From: Candidatus Nomurabacteria bacterium CG1_02_43_90 | GTDB taxonomy: Bacteria > Patescibacteriota > Minisyncoccia > Phycocordibacterales > UBA1550 | Assembly: GCA_001871765.1 (NCBI GenBank) | Contig: MNVN01000010.1 | Coordinates: forward strand, 74 to 64,073 | Reading direction: 5' to 3' | DNA length: 64,000 nucleotides | In this document: in pieces, positions 58,452 to 64,000 of the stretch | Position numbering within the stretch: position 1 is the stretch's first letter | Layout of the letters: every line of letters begins with the position of its first letter | Made by a program: the position numbers and the translations under genes | Notes under the pieces: model-generated | Seen by the model: only the letters and a program-made list of their open reading frames with translations | Told to the model about the DNA's origin: nothing | Databases searched by the model: none

Positions 58452-58527
58452 TAAGTTAGTAACGTTTATAAAGTTCATAAAGTACAACATAAAATTTCGT
58501 TCTTTATAAACTTTCAACTCAAGCACT

Positions 58528-58875
58528 ATGACAAAAGCAATCACAAAAAAAACTACGGACAAAGAAGTAACCCACAAACTTCGCATTCGTGTACGTGCCT
58601 ACGAAAACAAGGTTCTCGATAATTCGGTAAAACAAATTATTGATACCGCACTTCGTTACGACGCTGAGGTTATGGGGCCAACACCACTTCCTACAGAGTT
58701 TAAGAAATATACCGTTTTGCGTTCGACCTTCATTTATAAAAATGCTCGCGAGCAGTTTGAGATGAGGGTGCATAAACGCTTGATTGATATTTTGAATCCA
58801 AGTGCGAAGGTTATTGAAGCACTTACCAACCTCAGTCTTCCTTCAGGTGTGAACATTGACGTGAAAATGATGTAA
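58528..58875 (+). CDS. rpsJ: 30S ribosomal protein S10
   Basis: LRIRVRAY, GPTPLPT, REQFEMRVHKRLIDI. Confidence 0.97.
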   Translation: MTKAITKKTTDKEVTHKLRIRVRAYENKVLDNSVKQIIDTALRYDAEVMGPTPLPTEFKKYTVLRSTFIYKNAREQFEMRVHKRLIDILNPSAKVIEALTNLSLPSGVNIDVKMM

Positions 58876-58877
58876 AT

Positions 58878-59165
58878 TAAGGAGTGTAATCACGACTATA
58901 ATTTACGAAACCCGTCTTCTGTCTTGAGCTCTTGGAGAATCGAGCGTTCAAGACAGAAGACGGGGGATGTGAACCAAGCTGATTCTGAATTAGCAAATTC
59001 ACGCCTTGGGCGAAGGCTCGGCCATGAACTTAGAAAATAGCGCCTACGAAGTAGGCACACTAAGAGTTTATTAGCTAAAAAATTCCAACAACCCCTCCTT
59101 AGAGAGTATGGTTGCAATGGTTCTTATGAGGAGACAAGAGAAGATTACTCCTGTCTCTCGTAAGA
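58878..59165 (+). ncRNA. putative structured RNA/leader between rpsJ and rplC
   Basis: 17-bp stem 58911-58927/58948-58964 plus several further hairpins. Confidence 0.45.
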
Positions 59166-59176
59166 TATATATCGTT

Positions 59177-59794
59177 ATGAAATTTATTCTCGGGAAAAAA
59201 GAAAGTATGGTGTCTTTCGTCGGCAACGACGGGATTGCAACTGCTGCAACGCTTCTTTCTGTTGGTCCAGTATCTATTACGCAAGTGAAGTCAAAAGCGC
59301 AAGATGGGTACGAGGCTATTCAGATGGGGTTTGGCACACGTGCTGCAAAAAACATCTCAAAAGCTGTGCAGGGTCACACAAAAGATATTGGATTGTTTTC
59401 AGTAATTCGTGAATTCCGTGTTGACGATACAAGCGCATGGAAAAAGGGAGATGTTATTGATGCCTCAAGCTTTGAGATGGGGGATGAAATCACCATCTCA
59501 GGAACTTCAAAGGGGAAAGGTTTTCAAGGTGTGGTAAAGCGCCATGGTTTTCATGGAGGACGCCGTTCTCACGGACAAAAGCACTCTGAGCGTGAACCAG
59601 GTTCTATTGGTTCAACAGGTCAGCAAAAGATTTCCAAAGGTCGTCGTATGGCAGGGCGTATGGGCGGAGACCGTATTACCGTAAAAGGGTTACGTGTACT
59701 CGGTGTCGATACTACCAATGGGAAGATCCTTGTATCAGGCTGTGTTCCAGGAGTAAAGGGAGCACTTTTAGAGATAAAGGCGCAGAATAAATAA
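59177..59794 (+). CDS. rplC: 50S ribosomal protein L3
   Basis: MKFILGKK start, DGYEAIQ, SKGKGFQG, RMAGRMG. Confidence 0.97.
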   Translation: MKFILGKKESMVSFVGNDGIATAATLLSVGPVSITQVKSKAQDGYEAIQMGFGTRAAKNISKAVQGHTKDIGLFSVIREFRVDDTSAWKKGDVIDASSFEMGDEITISGTSKGKGFQGVVKRHGFHGGRRSHGQKHSEREPGSIGSTGQQKISKGRRMAGRMGGDRITVKGLRVLGVDTTNGKILVSGCVPGVKGALLEIKAQNK

Positions 59795-59805
59795 TCTTGA
59801 CTACT

Positions 59806-60486
59806 ATGGAAGCAACTATATACAACTCAAAAGGAAAAGAATCAGGAAAAATAAATTTAAACGAAAAAGTTTGGGGTCTTTCGTGGAACGCCGATCTTGT
59901 ACATCAGGTTGTTGAATCGATGCGCTCAAACGCACGCATGTCAACAGCTCAGGCAAAGGATCGTAGTGCTGTCTCTGGTGGTGGTAAAAAGCCATGGGCA
60001 CAAAAAGGTACAGGGCGCTCACGCCACGGTTCCTCACGATCACCAATTTGGCGTCACGGTGGAGTTACGCACGGCCCAATGAATGAGAAGGACTATTCAA
60101 AGAAGATTAATAAAAAAGTACGTGCAAAAGCACTCTACACCGTACTTTCTGAAAAATTCCGTAATAATGAAGTTCTTTTTATTGATGAAATTTCAATGAA
60201 AGCACCTAAGACGACAGAAGCAAAAGGTATCATTTTGGCACTTTCAGGAGTAAAAGGTTTTGAAAAAATGCTCACAAAGAAACGCAATGCTGCTTATTTT
60301 GCAACTGCAGAAAAATCAGAGGTGGTAAGCAAGAGTTTTTCAAATTTTGGGAATATTGATTTCGACGCTGTTGAGAACATGAACCCTATTGATCTTTTAA
60401 ATCACAAATATGTGGTTATTGTAAGCCCCGAGAAAGCCATCAGTTTTATCGAAGGTAAACTCGCTGTTGCAACTTCTGCTAAATAA
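59806..60486 (+). CDS. rplD: 50S ribosomal protein L4
   Basis: VSGGGKKPWAQKGTGRSRHGS.RSP.WRHGG. Confidence 0.97.
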   Translation: MEATIYNSKGKESGKINLNEKVWGLSWNADLVHQVVESMRSNARMSTAQAKDRSAVSGGGKKPWAQKGTGRSRHGSSRSPIWRHGGVTHGPMNEKDYSKKINKKVRAKALYTVLSEKFRNNEVLFIDEISMKAPKTTEAKGIILALSGVKGFEKMLTKKRNAAYFATAEKSEVVSKSFSNFGNIDFDAVENMNPIDLLNHKYVVIVSPEKAISFIEGKLAVATSAK

Positions 60487-60497
60487 TCCCTACTATC

Positions 60498-60854
60498 ATG
60501 GCTATTTTCAAAAAAACAACAAAAGAAGTTAAGGAACAGAAACCTGCTTCGAAACAAAAGAAGACTGAGATCGGTCTTGGAGAACGCGTGAATGTTCTCG
60601 TACGTCCGCACATTACCGAGAAAGCTGCTATTCTTGCAGAAAAGGGTACCTATGTATTTGAGGTTGCGCGTACTACAAATAAGATTGAAATTGCAAAGGC
60701 AATAGAAGCTCTTTACAAGGTAGTTCCGGTCAGAGTGAACATTATAAACCTACCTAATACTCGTGTGTTTGTGCGCGGAAAGAATGGTGTAAAGGCAGGT
60801 GTCCGTAAGGCGTTGGTCACGCTTAAGTCGGGGGATAAGATCGAAATTGTATAA
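60498..60854 (+). CDS. rplW: 50S ribosomal protein L23
   Basis: PHITEKA, YVFEV, NKIEIAKA, KALVTL. Confidence 0.95.
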   Translation: MAIFKKTTKEVKEQKPASKQKKTEIGLGERVNVLVRPHITEKAAILAEKGTYVFEVARTTNKIEIAKAIEALYKVVPVRVNIINLPNTRVFVRGKNGVKAGVRKALVTLKSGDKIEIV

Positions 60855-60862
60855 AAATTATC

Positions 60863-61702
60863 ATGAAAAAGTTTAAACCAACAACACCATCAAATCGTCA
60901 GACAGCCATTGTTTCGTATCGTGGTGTATTGACAGCTACTGAGCCACACAAGGCTTTGACAACGGGGTTCAAGCGCGGAACAGGGCGCAATGCTTTTGGC
61001 CGTATCACGACACGCCATAAGGGTGGTGGACACAAGCGTTCATATCGCGAAATTGATTTTCGTCTCGAAAAAATAGGCATTCCTGCAAAAATTGAAACGA
61101 TTGAGTATGACCCAAATCGCTCAGGCTTTATTGGTCTTATTTGCTTTGCCGACGGAGAACGTCGTTACAACCTGCTCCCTCAAGGACTCAAAGTTGGAGA
61201 TAAAGTTATTACCGCAGAAGATGCTCCTCTTAAGCCAGGCAACCGAACAATCCTTAAGAAAGTTCCTGTAGGTACCTTTGTATTTAATATTGAATTACAG
61301 CCAAATGGTGGTGCGCGTATTGCACGCTCAGCAGGGAACTATGCTGAAGTTGTCGCAAACAATGCAGGACAAAGTCACCTCAAGATGCCTTCAGGTGAAA
61401 TTCGAAAAGTTTCTGAGAACGTATGGGCATCTATTGGTGCGGTTTCTAACGAAGAATACAAGCTTCGTAATATCGGCAAGGCAGGACGTAATCGTTGGCT
61501 CGGTATCCGCCCTACGGTACGTGGTAGTGCAATGAACCCTGTTGATCATCCTTACGGTGGAGGTGAAGGACATCAAGGTCGCGGTACAAAGCGCCCAAAG
61601 ACAAAGTACGGTAAAGTTACCGGTGGTCGCAAGACACGTTCGCCAAAGAAGTACTCAAACAATCTCATTGTTGCTCGTCGCAAGACCAAGCGTTCGAAAT
61701 AA
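60863..61702 (+). CDS. rplB: 50S ribosomal protein L2
   Basis: GRITTRHKGGGHK, EYDPNRS, RGSAMNPVDHPYGGGEG. Confidence 0.98.
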   Translation: MKKFKPTTPSNRQTAIVSYRGVLTATEPHKALTTGFKRGTGRNAFGRITTRHKGGGHKRSYREIDFRLEKIGIPAKIETIEYDPNRSGFIGLICFADGERRYNLLPQGLKVGDKVITAEDAPLKPGNRTILKKVPVGTFVFNIELQPNGGARIARSAGNYAEVVANNAGQSHLKMPSGEIRKVSENVWASIGAVSNEEYKLRNIGKAGRNRWLGIRPTVRGSAMNPVDHPYGGGEGHQGRGTKRPKTKYGKVTGGRKTRSPKKYSNNLIVARRKTKRSK

Positions 61703-61758
61703 CACTCCATAATAAAAACCCGCAACCAAGGTTGCGGGTTTTTATTATGGAGTGTTAT
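61699..61758. terminator. 29-bp perfect IR terminator after rplB
   Basis: ataacactccataataaaaacccgcaacc-aa-ggttgcgggtttttattatggagtgttat; overlaps DnaA box TTATCCACA at 61755. Confidence 0.85.
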
Positions 61759-61845
61759 CCACAGTTCTTCTTGTTTTGGTATTCATGCATATGATATACT
61801 TTAAATTAGATTATTGAAGTCAAGTTACTTAATTTTTAATTATTT

Positions 61846-62436
61846 ATGGATCAACAACCACGTATTTGTCCCACGCACACCTTTGAGTACATTGGCATGT
61901 TTGTTATAGGTGTCCTTATTGGCTCTGGTATTTCTTTTGTATATTTCAATCAGTCTTCCTCAAGAGAAGGAGACAGTGCATACCAAGCAGGATTTGACGC
62001 AGCTAAAAAACGTGTTGAAGATAGTAGTTTTGGTGCAATAATGCGTACCCCTGATGAAATCAAAGTTTTGTCGGGTACGGTAACAAAGGTTAATGGAAAC
62101 AAGGTTGATTTCCATATACAGTCTACGCGTCCTTTTGACGAACCAACACTTGATAATAGAACCATCACTATTGTGGCAGAAACAAAAATCTCAAAGCTCA
62201 TCCAAAAAGACCAAAAAGTATTTCAATCTGAAATGGAGACATTTATAAAGAGCTCTCAAATAAAGGAAGGGGCAACGCTTGCCACCCCTCCAGAACCATT
62301 TTCGTACGCTCCTGCCCTCCTTGCAGATATTACGGTTGGGGACGTGCTTACGGTGATCGCAGAGGAGAATATAAAAACAAAAAAGGAATTTACCGCAACA
62401 GATATTCAAATACAGCCGAAGCCCATTAATAATTAA
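61846..62436 (+). CDS. single-TM hypothetical protein with OB-like C-terminus
   Basis: TM helix, YQAGFDAAK, LSGTVTKV, DITVGDVLTV. Confidence 0.75.
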   Translation: MDQQPRICPTHTFEYIGMFVIGVLIGSGISFVYFNQSSSREGDSAYQAGFDAAKKRVEDSSFGAIMRTPDEIKVLSGTVTKVNGNKVDFHIQSTRPFDEPTLDNRTITIVAETKISKLIQKDQKVFQSEMETFIKSSQIKEGATLATPPEPFSYAPALLADITVGDVLTVIAEENIKTKKEFTATDIQIQPKPINN

Positions 62437-62441
62437 TTATC

Positions 62442-63080
62442 ATGAACATGACCAAACAAATTATTTCGGCACTAAAAGTTATTTCTCTCTCACTCATTCT
62501 TGCCTTTGGGGTTTCTTACGTATCTGCATGGACAGCCCCAACGGTAACTCCTCCTGGAGGGAACGTGGCACAACCTATTAACGTAAGTAGTGCTCCGCAA
62601 ACAAAAACAGGGAGTCTTACTACAGGGAGTCTTACTACAGGGAGGCTAACCTTGATAGGAGATGCATATGCTACTTCTAAGGTTTATTTTAAGAGTAGTA
62701 TTGGTGGGCCAAACGCAGGTGCACTTGTAATGACCACTGGTTTTTCGGGGTTCTCTAATACAGCAGACAACAACTACCGCATGTATGTCACTGACACGAC
62801 GACGCCGAAGGCTTCGGGGTTCGGTAATGTAGTTGCTAATGATTACTATATTGCGAAGACAGGAGAATGGGCGAGCCAGATGGGTGGTAGTGCAGGTGGC
62901 TATGGGTATACTACAAGTGGGTATACTGGACGACTAAGTACGATATGTACATCCCCAAACCCAAAAACAGGCAAATGTAATTGTCCTACCGGTAGCACCT
63001 CTATTTCTATGGGAGTAAGGAATATTTTTGTTGTATCTTGGTACAGTTCCATATATTACTCGGTACTGTGCGTTTATTAA
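62442..63080 (+). CDS. secreted CPR surface/adhesin-like protein
   Basis: Signal peptide, AWTAPTVTPPGGNV..PIN motif, Cys-rich C-terminus CTSPNPKTGKCNCPTG. Confidence 0.75.
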   Translation: MNMTKQIISALKVISLSLILAFGVSYVSAWTAPTVTPPGGNVAQPINVSSAPQTKTGSLTTGSLTTGRLTLIGDAYATSKVYFKSSIGGPNAGALVMTTGFSGFSNTADNNYRMYVTDTTTPKASGFGNVVANDYYIAKTGEWASQMGGSAGGYGYTTSGYTGRLSTICTSPNPKTGKCNCPTGSTSISMGVRNIFVVSWYSSIYYSVLCVY

Positions 63081-63104
63081 AAAATAATTAAACGCATCAA
63101 TAAT

Positions 63105-63407
63105 ATGATTCAAGAATCAGCAAATTTAAACAAAGCAGCATCGGTCGCAGGGGTGTATACTCCTGAGGCTCTTGCAATAAAATTGAAAGCACTCTCTATC
63201 GGTGACAAAGCACTCGTAGATGAACTCCTGAACTCTGATGGACAGCCAACTCTTTCAGACATGATGAGCAACGAAGACCATTTGGCATCCCTCGATGAAG
63301 AAAAAATAAAACAAGTATCTTCATTAATTGGGGACATGAGAATGTATGCCTATGATAAAGAGAGAAAAGAAATAGCCAAAAAAATAGTTGAACTCCTCTG
63401 TCAATAA
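63105..63407 (+). CDS. hypothetical protein
   Basis: 100-aa ORF co-oriented with and tightly packed between its neighbours. Confidence 0.55.
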   Translation: MIQESANLNKAASVAGVYTPEALAIKLKALSIGDKALVDELLNSDGQPTLSDMMSNEDHLASLDEEKIKQVSSLIGDMRMYAYDKERKEIAKKIVELLCQ

Positions 63408-63427
63408 AGAGAATTAACGTCTTTTTT

Positions 63428-64000
63428 ATGAAAATATTCCCCCTCCATTCTATCCCTAAAATAACTCCACTTCTTTTAGTTTTAATACTTGCGTACATGG
63501 CTTATTTTGTGAACCCGAATTATTTCAGGGCGTTACTCGCAGAAGCAGGAACGAGTGAAAATGTTTCAGGATATGCATGGGGGGAGAATCTTGGATGGGT
63601 GAGTTTTAACAGTACGAATGATGGGTCGCCTGTTTCCTATGGGGTAAATATCGACCCCACGAATAGAGCAACTGGCGGAACGGGCAATTTTTCCGGATAT
63701 GCATGGAGTGAAAATATTGGCTGGATAAGTTTCAATCGTGTAGATACGGGAACTCCACCCGCGCCTCCTTTCAATGGTGCTACTGGTCCTATTGCACAAG
63801 TAGATTGGTCTACAGGAAAGGTTACCGGCTGGGCACGTGCAATTTCCGGAACATGGGGTGTGGGCTGGGATGGTTGGATTAAGCTTTCTGACGATAGTAT
63901 TCCCTTATGGAATGGAAGTGGGGTAAAGATCTCGGGTAATAATTTTTCGGGATTTGCATGGGGCGGTGCAGATGGTATTGGAATTGCTGGTGTTGTGGGG
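63428..64000 (+). CDS. 3'-truncated CPR surface protein with GYAW..NIGWISF repeats (absent from the ORF track)
   Basis: Open from ATG 63428 to the window end: NVSGYAWGENLGWVSF, FSGYAWSENIGWISF, VTGWAR, GWDGWIKL, FSGFAWG. Confidence 0.85.
   Translation, partial: MKIFPLHSIPKITPLLLVLILAYMAYFVNPNYFRALLAEAGTSENVSGYAWGENLGWVSFNSTNDGSPVSYGVNIDPTNRATGGTGNFSGYAWSENIGWISFNRVDTGTPPAPPFNGATGPIAQVDWSTGKVTGWARAISGTWGVGWDGWIKLSDDSIPLWNGSGVKISGNNFSGFAWGGADGIGIAGVVG

Noticed and set aside
35281-58527. Short intergenic tandem repeats (atagtta at 35281; tttataaag/ttcataaag at about 58464)
   Set aside because: Only 2-3 copies of 7-9 bp; too little to assign a function
1-64000. CRISPR array, cas genes, rRNA, reverse transcriptase, DGR template repeat
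   Set aside because: No regularly spaced repeats, no RT motifs in any ORF and no AAC-rich copy of either candidate variable region were seen; the DGR inference depends on loci outside the window

Overview
64 kb of a Patescibacteria (CPR, Parcubacteria/Paceibacteria-like) chromosome, standard genetic code. It carries mostly housekeeping genes (rsmA, pcrA, rpsO, a Xer recombinase, xth, cca, HU, rny, clpP, tig, ppa, nusA, tpiA, pgk, recJ, rnhA, rpmB, the str operon and an S10 operon that breaks after rplB), five tRNAs without encoded CCA, a type IV pilus/competence set (pilB, pilC, minor pilins, split comEC, comM, yraN) and CPR-type surface proteins. Signals not explained by the ORF track: (1) about 11 parS-like palindromes at 19.1-22.5 kb, most inside coding sequence, around a 630-bp non-coding gap with DnaA boxes, a candidate origin region with no dnaA in the window; (2) two, possibly three, stand-alone genes resembling diversity-generating retroelement (DGR) target proteins inserted into housekeeping loci, one with a clear adenine-depleted 3' end, and no reverse transcriptase or template repeat in the window; (3) pervasive leaderless promoter architecture, including a 13-bp bidirectional -10 palindrome; (4) both tRNA-Gly genes have an A73 discriminator; (5) structured repeats after two tRNA-Arg genes, a MITE-like element and a structured RNA-like spacer between rpsJ and rplC. 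All family assignments come from motif recognition; no database searches were run.
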